A stretch of 64,000 bases of DNA from Spirochaetota bacterium (GTDB lineage: Bacteria; Spirochaetota; UBA4802; UBA5550), in contig OY760686.1 of assembly GCA_963663865.1 (NCBI GenBank), positions 2,368,001 to 2,432,000 of the forward strand. Direction: 5' to 3'. The notes beneath the pieces were generated by a model. That model saw nothing but the letters and a program-made list of their open reading frames with translations, was not told where the DNA came from and did no database searches. Position numbers and translations under genes: made by a program. Of the stretch, positions 1 to 8,623 are shown piece after piece; position 1 is the first letter of the stretch, and each line of letters starts with the position of its first letter.

Positions 1-34
1 CTCCGAATATAAAAAAAGTCTTCATAAACTTCAA
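1..34 (-). CDS. 5' fragment (MKFMKTFFIFG...) of a further copy of the M4 peptidase lipoprotein gene, running off the left window edge
   Basis: Bases 1-34 are identical to 3230-3263, the first 11 codons of the M4 gene, with identical upstream DNA. Confidence 0.6.
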   Translation of the reverse strand, partial: MKFMKTFFIFG

Positions 35-455
35 ATTCCCCCCAAAAAATATACTTCATAATCCTGACGATCGATCAAATGTCACAAAATCAGATTGAGA
101 GTGATAAAGCTTGTAAATACCAATACCTATGGCCGATTAATAAACCTTAGCTGAAATCTCTCACGGCTAATCGTATCAAGATTGCGTATATAGTTGACAG
201 TCCTAAGGTTGCAAGTAAAACATAAAAGGAGTGAGCGGTCGCCCCAGCCTATCCGCTGGTGCTTTTTTATGGGAGTGTTTCTCGTTTTTCAAGAATAAAG
301 TTTTGAATATATCGGATGCATTATTTTAGAAATTGATTATTGCAGAGTATAAAATTCTTTTATATCTTCTTAAATGATCAGCTGCTTTTAGTTGCTTGAA
401 TTTACGTATGGCATGCACCGGCAAATATTGCTTTATAAAGATAATATTGCTGCAC

Positions 456-484
456 AAAAAAGCCGGGTCAAAAACCCGGCTTTT
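456..484 (-). terminator. Intrinsic terminator after the LRR lipoprotein gene (part of the direct repeat)
   Basis: aaaagccgggt-caaaa-acccggctttt stem; the A-run at 456-461 gives a U-tract on the minus strand, about 20 bp after the stop at 505. Confidence 0.8.
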
Positions 485-504
485 CTCATTACAATTTTAC
501 TTGT

Positions 505-1527
505 TTACCACAAACAGTCGCCATACTCAACCGTAACACCTCTGGCTTCCAGTTCGGGAATATACGTGTTGATGGTTGCATCACTGGATGGAGTCTGCAT
601 CAGATATACAGTATCTCCCTCGCCAATACCTGTATTCTGAAGCAGCGGTGAGATGTCTGCGACAGGATTGCTTGACAAATCAATCTTTTGCAGTTCTGAA
701 AGAGTACTCAAGAAAGAAACATCATCAATGTAATTACCCTTATATGAATCTCCACATGGAGCGGTATATGATTCATACCAATAATATTCCGGAATGCACG
801 CATTAAAGTTTTGAAGGGCTGTTAAACCAGAAACGAATTCGAAATACCCGGTTGCCAGATAATTCATACCAATGTCAAGACCCTTCAACTTCTTGAGTCC
901 TGAGAGAGGTTGAAACTGTTCAGGTGTAAGGTTAAAAGGACGTTCGGGCAAATCATCCAAATCGTCAAAAATTATAGTTATGGAGGTTGATGTACTGCCA
1001 AGCCCGTTCCTGCTTACATCAAGATACTCAAGATCGGCCAGATTTGCCAGAAGACCTATTTTACCCCATTCATCACCACCCAGATACAACGAATTATTTA
1101 TTGAAAGACGCTTTAGCTGAGTCATTGATGATATTAGTTCAAGCGAATTAAGTCTTGTTCTCTCTATTTTAAGCTCTGAAACATTGGACAATTCACCCAG
1201 AACAGAAAAATCGGTTACATTCAGGCAGTTAATTATACTCAAAGAATTAAGTTCTGAAAACTTTCTCAAATCAGAGAGATCGCTTACCTCTGAATCTTCA
1301 AGAACAAATCCCCTTATACCTGTGATATCTGATTCGTAGATATCGCCTGTACTCCTGCCGATAAGTTCTCTTACAGCATCTTCAATACAGCTGTCTGCAA
1401 AAAATACTGCACTCTGCTCCTGAACCTCTGGAGTGACCGTCGACTCTTCAGGCGTTGAACTGTCGTCGCATCCCGGGAAAATCACCATTAAACTAACAAA
1501 AGCAAGAAAAGATATTGAGTTTTTCAT
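505..1527 (-). CDS. Leucine-rich-repeat (internalin-like) lipoprotein
   Basis: Start moved to ATG 1527 (AGGAGG RBS at 1534-1539); lipobox-like IFPG-C; F.D..IEDAVR cap followed by LxxLxxLxLxxN repeats. Confidence 0.8.
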   Translation of the reverse strand: MKNSISFLAFVSLMVIFPGCDDSSTPEESTVTPEVQEQSAVFFADSCIEDAVRELIGRSTGDIYESDITGIRGFVLEDSEVSDLSDLRKFSELNSLSIINCLNVTDFSVLGELSNVSELKIERTRLNSLELISSMTQLKRLSINNSLYLGGDEWGKIGLLANLADLEYLDVSRNGLGSTSTSITIIFDDLDDLPERPFNLTPEQFQPLSGLKKLKGLDIGMNYLATGYFEFVSGLTALQNFNACIPEYYWYESYTAPCGDSYKGNYIDDVSFLSTLSELQKIDLSSNPVADISPLLQNTGIGEGDTVYLMQTPSSDATINTYIPELEARGVTVEYGDCLW

Positions 1528-1547
1528 TTTAGCCCTCCTGAGAATAA

Positions 1548-3263
1548 TCAATGCCCATATCCTGTTGTATTAAAACCAAGGCTGTTCCATATTTCAACGG
1601 CTGTCTGCCCATACCAGAGATATATATTATCGCCCGGGAATAACTCATTCGCAAGCTCATATGTTCCCAAAACCCAGAGCTGAGCCGCCTCAGGGTATGT
1701 GATGGTTGAAGTCATATAGTTTCTCATTAGTCCGATTGCAAGAGTGCTGGTAAAATCAAGTCCAAGGCTTTGAGTCAACAGATAGAATGCATGGCTTTGA
1801 ACACAGGAGTTTCTATGAACAAACACTTTATTATTATTTCCATAATACCAATTAGTCCCGCAATATACAGATGGAGCTCCAAGCGAATTTGGATTTCTAA
1901 AGTCACGAATAGCTACCCTATCAAGAATAAAATCCTCCCCGCCGTACCAATCAGCAGTTCCTGCCTGTTTATCAGGGTATAATTCTGTCCCGTCTTGCTG
2001 GAAATAAAATTCAACTATTGTCCCATAAATATCACAAAATGACTCATTTAGGGCACCTGATTCACCCGTTTAGAGAAGACCGCTTGAATATTTGATCATC
2101 GCATGGGAAAATTCGTGAGCAATAACATCCAGAACCGTCAAAGCAGTACAACCCTCCCCATTACCATCACCAATAATAAAAATATCTCTGTTCCCATAAA
2201 AACGGGCTTTATCATCCTCGAAATAATATTCATCAACTTGAACCGTACCGTCGTAAATGTAAAATTTAGAAACTCCGTCCAGTGGTCCTGAAAAAGGAAC
2301 ATCAGCTACTGAAGTTGTATAATATATAACTCTATCAATGTTATATGCTGCTGAAATTGCTGCCGGGTAGTAATTGCCAAAGGAGGTTGATGAATTAGAA
2401 AAAATATATGTCCCGCTTTCTAAAGATGAAGTTAAACAATGAATTTCCCAAAATCTTGTTGGACTTAACAAATAATACAGTCCATCATAAAAGCTATATG
2501 CTCCTGTAAAAGAAACGGTGCCTCCGCCCTCTCCGCTTAATCTTGTACCGCTGAGAGTAACAGGATAACCGCTTGAATAGATATTACTGATTTTCCCGAT
2601 TATATCACCTGAATTAGCATCAATATAATAATCAAAAGACTGGTATCCTTTTCCAATCTCATTATAGCTTGCAGTAATACGGTACGCCCTTTTCTCAGCG
2701 TAAATAACGTCTTCATATTCATCCTTCAAGTTGACTGGACTATTAGCGTCCAATAGTTCAATCAAAATAGCTTTAGCATTCTCTACAGATAATTTACACT
2801 CGAATGACTGCTCATCAGGCTCAAAGTTTTTCCCGTTTATCATAAACACATTGCCATCTCTGTCGATGTGTTCAATTAACTCAGCTCCGACTATCCTGCA
2901 GCCCTTAAAGTATTGCTGAAAACGATTGTGGGTTTTTCCAAACTTGTCTGTTTCAGAACGAACTTTTATAAGTTCGACGTCAGAAGAAATGCTGCATTTT
3001 TTAAGCATGTTGATACTTAGCTTCGCAGCAGGTGAAGCATTTCGAGTGAGAGAGGATGTTTCGTTATTATACTTAAAACCAGTTGTCTTAATAACAGTCT
3101 TTAACCCTGAATTCACATCAATGATGGCATAATTTTCTTCAGTTTGAGAACCACAGCCGTAAAGAAAAACGAGTAGAATAAATAATAAACCTATTAAAGT
3201 TGCCCGACTTCGCCATGAAGTAGCATTAACTCCGAATATAAAAAAAGTCTTCATAAACTTCAA
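1548..3263 (-). pseudogene. M4 (thermolysin-family) zinc metallopeptidase lipoprotein with propeptide, interrupted by one in-frame TAA at 2070-2072
   Basis: ORFs 2070..3263 and 1548..1826 are in the same frame. Manual translation through the stop: DVIAHEFSHAMIKYSSGLL*TGESGALNESFCDIYG...DWYGGED...RDFRNP...VHRNSCVQSHAFYLL. N-terminal LYG-C lipobox and FTP-like H.RFQQYFKG. Confidence 0.85.
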
Positions 3264-3722
3264 ATTCCCCCCAAAAAATATACTTCATAATCCTGACGAT
3301 CGATCAAATGTCACAAAATCAGATTGAGAGTGATAAAGCTTGTAAATACCAATACCTATGGCCGATTAATAAACCTTAGCTGAAATCTCTCACGGCTAAT
3401 CGTATCAAGATTGCGTATATAGTTGACAGTCCTAAGGTTGCAAGTAAAACATAAAAGGAGTGAGCGGTCGCCCCAGCCTATCCGCTGGTGCTTTTTTATG
3501 GGAGTGTTTCTCGTTTTTCAAGAATAAAGTTTTGAATATATCGGATGCATTATTTTAGAAATTGATTATTGCAGAGTATAAAATTCTTTTATATCTTCTT
3601 AAATGATCAGCTGCTTTTAGTTGCTTGAATTTACGTATGGCATGCACCGGCAAATATTGCTTTATAAAGATAATATTGCTGCACAAAAAAGCCGGGTCAA
3701 AAACCCGGCTTTTCTCATTACA
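3230..3722. repeat. Exact direct repeat, copy 2 (start codons, upstream region and terminator of the M4 cassette)
   Basis: Identical to 1-493. Confidence 0.95.
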
Positions 3723-3749
3723 GAAGAGGCGGGTAAAAACCCGCCTCTT
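3685..3749 (-). terminator. Two tandem terminator-like hairpins downstream of the DUF1858 gene
   Basis: aaaagccgggt-caaaa-acccggctttt (3687-3713) and aagaggcgggt-aaaa-acccgcctctt (3724-3749). Confidence 0.75.
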
Positions 3750-3772
3750 TAAGCATTCATTATTGATTACGA

Positions 3773-3979
3773 TTAGTGCTCGCCGTTGAGCTCTGCTATC
3801 ATCTTGTTCAGTGTGGCCTCATCAAGCCCGTGAGCCATTACTCCCTGCTCAATTGTTTCAACAGTGCTGATGTGGCAGCCGATGCAGTGAAGACCATATC
3901 GAGCAAGTATGGCTCCAGCCTCCGGATTGTTCTTGATAAGTTCACCGAAAGTCATATCCTTATGTACCCTGACTGGCAT
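3773..3979 (-). CDS. DUF1858-domain small protein
   Basis: 68 aa; KDMTFGELI...P...L..YGLHCIGC....ETIEQ....HGLD pattern; G-rich RBS. Confidence 0.85.
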   Translation of the reverse strand: MPVRVHKDMTFGELIKNNPEAGAILARYGLHCIGCHISTVETIEQGVMAHGLDEATLNKMIAELNGEH

Positions 3980-4215
3980 AAGCGTCCCCCTCTATTATGG
4001 ATGCCTAAGAAAACTATGCTTTGTTCCGTTCTTCAATGTAATGTTTCGGAATCCCGGCAGGCCGCCGGAAATTGAGCTTCTTTCTTCGGCTGTAAATATT
4101 TCTGAACATTAGATCACAGTGTCTGTATTTGTCTATTATTTTTCTTTGTTGCATTGTTGTTGTGCATGTGGACTGCTATTCTTTTTACGCTGGGAGCGCG
4201 GCACTGGGTTTAATC

Positions 4216-4239
4216 GGGACGGTCTCGACCGTCCCCTAC
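4216..4239 (-). repeat. GTAG-type REP-like palindrome
   Basis: Minus strand reads GTAG-GGGACGGTC-GA-GACCGTCCC (GTAG tetranucleotide plus 9-bp perfect stem). Confidence 0.7.
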
Positions 4240-4295
4240 CACTGTTTTCTGTGCAGAGCGAACGGGCATTTTTGCCAGGGAGCCTGCCGTCTATT

Positions 4296-4970
4296 TCACA
4301 CTGAGAGTGTGAGACCTTTTTCGTTACTTTCTTTTTTCGATCCAAAAAAGAAAGTAACCAAAGAAAAAGGGATATCCTGCGCGGAGGGCGATGGGACATC
4401 CATGTCCAAAGAATTAGTCACTCAGAAATATTATATTGAGAGATTGCTTTTTTTAGTCAGGCTCCTTCGGAGCCGGAAAGCGCAGCGTCCTGCTGCGCTT
4501 GAGTAAGTAATCCTATGATTACACAAAGTAACTGATTCTTTAATTCCGCCATTATGTTTGCCGACGGCTATTTCGACCTCCTGTCGGCCGTCGGCACTGT
4601 GACATCGTGTCAGGCGCGCAGACTCATCACAGTCGGCCGCGGAAAAAGGCGCTGCGTTTGTTTGAGTCTGCGAGGCAGACGAGTTACGCAGCGACCCGCG
4701 GATGACAAGATGAGGAGGGAAGCCGAAGGCCGGAACATTGGCGGCAGATTTCTTTTGACCACTTTTCTTTATAAAAGAAAAGTGGTGAGAAAATTGACGA
4801 CAAGCCCCGCGTGTAAATGTGAGTACGCTCCGTACAAAGGAAAGCATTGATGTTGCGAAAAGAAACGCTTCGCAGAGGAGTCTTTTGACTCCTTTTCTTA
4901 TAAAAGAAAAGGAGTGAGAAAGGTGACCTCGCGCCTCGCGCGTGAAATGAGGTGCGCTCCGCACAAGCAG
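4296..4970. repeat. Cluster of structured intergenic repeat elements (three related pyrimidine/purine hairpins and a nested GC-rich multi-stem)
   Basis: Perfect stems at 4323-4358 (15 bp), 4758-4786 (13 bp) and 4888-4915 (12 bp); imperfect tandem unit starting at 4751 and 4881 (130-bp period); nested stems at 4559-4714. Confidence 0.7.
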
Positions 4971-5109
4971 AGGTATCCAGGCAATGGGCATAAAAATGAT
5001 AACGTATGCTTCCATTCCATTAAAATTTTTATTATTTTATGTCATGTCGTATGATATGATTACCGATACTTACTCATAGGGATTACTATTTTTTAAAAAA
5101 GCAGGCATA

Positions 5110-7134
5110 ATGTTAACTTTACTGACCGTATTGAGCCTGGGAATCGCCGGTGTTGTGGCCTGGGCGCTAACCGGCAACGATAAAAACAAAGAATCTGCTC
5201 CTCAGCAGCCTGCTGAAGCCGAGCCGGAAAAGCTGTACCGTAAAAGAGCCACCGACAGGGAGATTGAGGAATCTTTTCCGGACGAACAGCCTGCTCACAG
5301 GAGAAAGAGCGACCAGCACGCGTCCCCTTTCATCCGCCCGGATGGCAGCTTCCGTCTTCCCTACTACGCCGACGATATTATTCCTTCAACTTCACAGCTG
5401 AGGGTTTACAGGCGGACACTTTTAAACTGCGAGGTTTACGCTGAAAAGGGCGATTTTACGACAGCCATCTCACTCTACGAGGGAGTGAAGGCGCGTACCA
5501 GAAACAGCGATATCCGCCGAAAAATTGACGCCGATATAGAGTATCTAAAAAACTTCAGAATCGAAAAAGAAGAAGAGATTCGGAAACAGAAGAGCCATGG
5601 ACACCTGCCCTTCTCCGATGACAGAAAGGAGATAAAGTTCACCCTTGACATTCCCCCGACGATCAACATAGGTGTTCCTGAAGATTCAGCCGCGAAATCG
5701 GAGAAGCTTGCGGCTGAAATAGCCGAAAGGATACGCAAGGAGATTTCTGAATCACAAAAACAGGAGATTGACTCCCTGAAAACCGTCATCTCTGGTCTGC
5801 GGGAAGAAAACGCAAGGAAGATTGACGAGCTGAGAGATCAGCTCAGCGGCATGCCTGAATCATCATCCGATGAAGACAAAGCCATTGAGGAGTTTGAACA
5901 GCTCAGAACTCAGCTCTCTGAACTTTCTGAACGCCTTGAACAGAGCCTTCCCGCCGAAAAATTTGACGAAGAAGAGATTATGGTGCCCTCTCTCACAGAA
6001 GTCAAAGACAGCAGACCAGCGTTAAAGCTGGACGAGTCTGAAGATAACTTCCTGGATGACGATAATGAATCTGCCCTCTTTCCAGAGGATATCAGTGACG
6101 AATCAGATGATGCATACCGCTCCGAGGATTATTCCGCTGAAGAAGGGTCGCCCTCAGAACATGAGACAGAGACTTCAGACACCGGCCTGCTTGAAGAAGC
6201 CTCTTCAATAGAAGAGGAGTTCATTCTTTCGCCAGAGGAAAAAGAAGAGGCTGCCGGAACAGCTCCTGAATCAGCGCCCGAATCAGTATTAACCGAAGAC
6301 ACAGAAAATGAAGCATCCGGAATAGATGAGACGCTTGAGTATAATGAGCCTGAAGAAGACATAGCCCCTCTTAAGGCCGATATCCCCCCCTCAGATAACA
6401 GCGGCGAACCAGAAAAACCCGAACTTATAAAGGACCTGGTTCACCCCGAAGAAAATGACACTTTAACTGATGAAGAAATCTTTGAAAAGATTATTGAGGA
6501 TGATGCTTCAGAAAGCAGCACAGCCGATTTGCCTGAAAGCGGAAAAGAAGAATACAACGATACCGCACCCGACGGCCCCCCTCCCGGCACAGAGAGTTCT
6601 GAAGAAGACGACGAATTTGAACTCCTGAAAAACATCATAAAACCGGAAGAGAATGACACCCTCAGCGACGAAGAGATATTTGAAAAGATTATCCATGATG
6701 AGCCCGCGGGCGAAACAGAGAACAACTTTGAAATTCTTGGCGACCGCCGAAACGATGAGAGCGAGTTCGACGTATTCGACAAAGAGGCTGAACGCAAAAG
6801 GCGCGAGGAGGAATCGTTCTACAAAAATCTTCTGACCGCAGAGAAGCGGTACAAGCGAGAGCTGCCTATTCTCAAAGTCAGCTATGACTTTAAAAAACTT
6901 CCCAGGGAGATGAGCCTCTCGCGCGAGAAGAACCTGATAGAGTACTCATTCTACAAGTACCGCCCAATGCTTGAGAAGGCGCAGGAGTACATTGACAAGA
7001 GACAGGTAAGAAACGCTCTAAACTATTACAAAGTTGTTATGGGGCAGAATATACCCCCTGAATTCAAGGCCATGATTAAGAGAAACATAAACGACCTCAC
7101 AGAATACCTTGAGAAGTATTTGACAGGCGACTGA
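5110..7134 (+). CDS. Membrane-anchored acidic hypothetical protein with helical N- and C-terminal domains
   Basis: N-terminal TM segment, coiled coil, long D/E-rich linker; C-terminus YSFYKYRPML...NALNYY...NIPPE recalls a Leptospira hypothetical family (from memory). Confidence 0.75.
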   Translation: MLTLLTVLSLGIAGVVAWALTGNDKNKESAPQQPAEAEPEKLYRKRATDREIEESFPDEQPAHRRKSDQHASPFIRPDGSFRLPYYADDIIPSTSQLRVYRRTLLNCEVYAEKGDFTTAISLYEGVKARTRNSDIRRKIDADIEYLKNFRIEKEEEIRKQKSHGHLPFSDDRKEIKFTLDIPPTINIGVPEDSAAKSEKLAAEIAERIRKEISESQKQEIDSLKTVISGLREENARKIDELRDQLSGMPESSSDEDKAIEEFEQLRTQLSELSERLEQSLPAEKFDEEEIMVPSLTEVKDSRPALKLDESEDNFLDDDNESALFPEDISDESDDAYRSEDYSAEEGSPSEHETETSDTGLLEEASSIEEEFILSPEEKEEAAGTAPESAPESVLTEDTENEASGIDETLEYNEPEEDIAPLKADIPPSDNSGEPEKPELIKDLVHPEENDTLTDEEIFEKIIEDDASESSTADLPESGKEEYNDTAPDGPPPGTESSEEDDEFELLKNIIKPEENDTLSDEEIFEKIIHDEPAGETENNFEILGDRRNDESEFDVFDKEAERKRREEESFYKNLLTAEKRYKRELPILKVSYDFKKLPREMSLSREKNLIEYSFYKYRPMLEKAQEYIDKRQVRNALNYYKVVMGQNIPPEFKAMIKRNINDLTEYLEKYLTGD

Positions 7135-8510
7135 TGACCCGGCGGATTGTTTCAAACCAAAAACAAGTGCGGAGAGATTCGATGCTAAAAATGAGCCTTA
7201 TGCTTCCCGTCTTTCTAACCGTTATCCCCGCTGCGATCTCGGCTTCTCCGCTCACCTATTCCGATATAAGGGCAGTAAGCGGATCGGGACCGCTCGACGC
7301 GCTGAGAAACCCCGCCCTCATGGCCGCCCTTCCTGAAGGCGACAGGGCCGGAATGAATCTATCCTTTTCACCTGCTCGAATTAACTACAGGCAGAGCTAT
7401 GAACCCTTCATTGAAGCCGAATTCCCCGACCTGACAATGTCTGTGAGAGGCTCTCAGGACGAGAAGGTTATGAACGACGGCAGCTTCTCCGGTACAGTCG
7501 GATATGCTCACACTGGCAGCCTGCTTTCAGCCGGATTCGCGCTCAAGCAGGACATCAGCTCTTCGAGTTTCAGAGACATTCTTAACATTGACCAGAGCGT
7601 TGTATATGCAGACGCCCTGAACCGTTCGCTCAGGGGAAAATCAGAATCGTACAGTATTACAGCCTCACCCGCCCTGTCGATTAAGACAGCCGCTGGTATT
7701 ACTGCCGGACTCTCTGTCATTTACACAGCCGGTTTCGATGAACTCTACAGGTCCGAACACACAAACATCGGCCAGTCCGGATCACTGCGTGAGGACTCCC
7801 TTCACAGTGTTTCTGCCCTGGCAGGGCTCAGCCTTAAGCTGGGACGGCACGAAGCAGGCCTAACCTTCAATTCAGGCGAATACAGCTTCAGCAAATCATC
7901 ATATTCAGGAAATTTCACAGACCGCACCGGCGTCTCTCAAAGTCTGGAGGTTTCAGACTCATTCAACGGCAGCTTCGTCGGCAATCCTGGAGTTACAGCC
8001 GCCTACATGATAAGCTTTTCCGGCGGGACTTCAGCGGCAATTCAGGCTTCATTTTTCAGCGGCTTCGACCGGGAAGAATCAGACCTGAGGCTCTTATCCG
8101 AAGCCTACACGGAGGTAAGACAGAAGACTGAGAACAGCCTGTCCGCCCCCGTTTCACTGGCAGCCGAATTCACTGTTTCACGCGGCCTGCTTCTCGGGTT
8201 TTGCGCTTCATTCAGCTTTACCAGAGTAAAGACAACCGGCGAGTATAATTACGCCTCAACCTGGCGCTATTCCCTGACCGATGACACAGTTCTCAAGGGA
8301 GCGGCCTCGGCCGGGCTTTCCTTTGTTCTTCAGGGAGGCTCGGAATTCACTTTGCTTATGTCAGCTGATATTATCGACACACGTTCAGAAATATCGGCCC
8401 AGGAAACAGCGGCGCTTGATTATACAAATTACAGCAGTATCACCGATACCTCGGCAAGATACATCTCAACCGGGTTTACGCTGCAGGCTGCGTACACCGC
8501 ACCCTTCTGA
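7134..8510 (+). CDS. Putative outer-membrane beta-barrel protein (OmpP1/FadL-like)
   Basis: Signal peptide, NPA motif near the N-terminus, alternating beta-strand pattern, C-terminal Phe; start overlaps the upstream stop (TGATG). Confidence 0.6.
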   Translation: MTRRIVSNQKQVRRDSMLKMSLMLPVFLTVIPAAISASPLTYSDIRAVSGSGPLDALRNPALMAALPEGDRAGMNLSFSPARINYRQSYEPFIEAEFPDLTMSVRGSQDEKVMNDGSFSGTVGYAHTGSLLSAGFALKQDISSSSFRDILNIDQSVVYADALNRSLRGKSESYSITASPALSIKTAAGITAGLSVIYTAGFDELYRSEHTNIGQSGSLREDSLHSVSALAGLSLKLGRHEAGLTFNSGEYSFSKSSYSGNFTDRTGVSQSLEVSDSFNGSFVGNPGVTAAYMISFSGGTSAAIQASFFSGFDREESDLRLLSEAYTEVRQKTENSLSAPVSLAAEFTVSRGLLLGFCASFSFTRVKTTGEYNYASTWRYSLTDDTVLKGAASAGLSFVLQGGSEFTLLMSADIIDTRSEISAQETAALDYTNYSSITDTSARYISTGFTLQAAYTAPF

Positions 8511-8623
8511 AGCGCGAAGATATCTAAAATCGTCTTGACTTCCTGAAGTGCTTCAACAGTATTATATTAATAATTCTTTTGCGGCTCTCACCCGCGCGTC
8601 CCTTTTCAGGAGGTTTTCTGCGA

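Larger units (their letters stand above)
1..493. repeat. Exact direct repeat, copy 1 (>=493 bp, truncated by window edge)
   Basis: Line-by-line comparison found no mismatch with 3230-3722 (offset 3229); first mismatch is 494 a vs 3723 g. Confidence 0.95.

Noticed and set aside
392-640. ORF of 82 aa on the + strand
   Set aside because: Crosses a terminator and the repeat boundary and is antisense to the LRR gene; no protein features
1548-1826. Independent 92-aa gene (likewise 18918..19250)
   Set aside because: In-frame C-terminal continuation of the upstream M4 peptidase
4296-4970. CRISPR array or integron attC array
   Set aside because: Repeats are few, degenerate and irregularly spaced; no cas or intI genes in the window
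4119-5015. Overlapping ORFs of 61-194 aa
   Set aside because: Translations merely mirror the hairpins (SFFDPKKKVTK, FSFIKK); no recognisable domain
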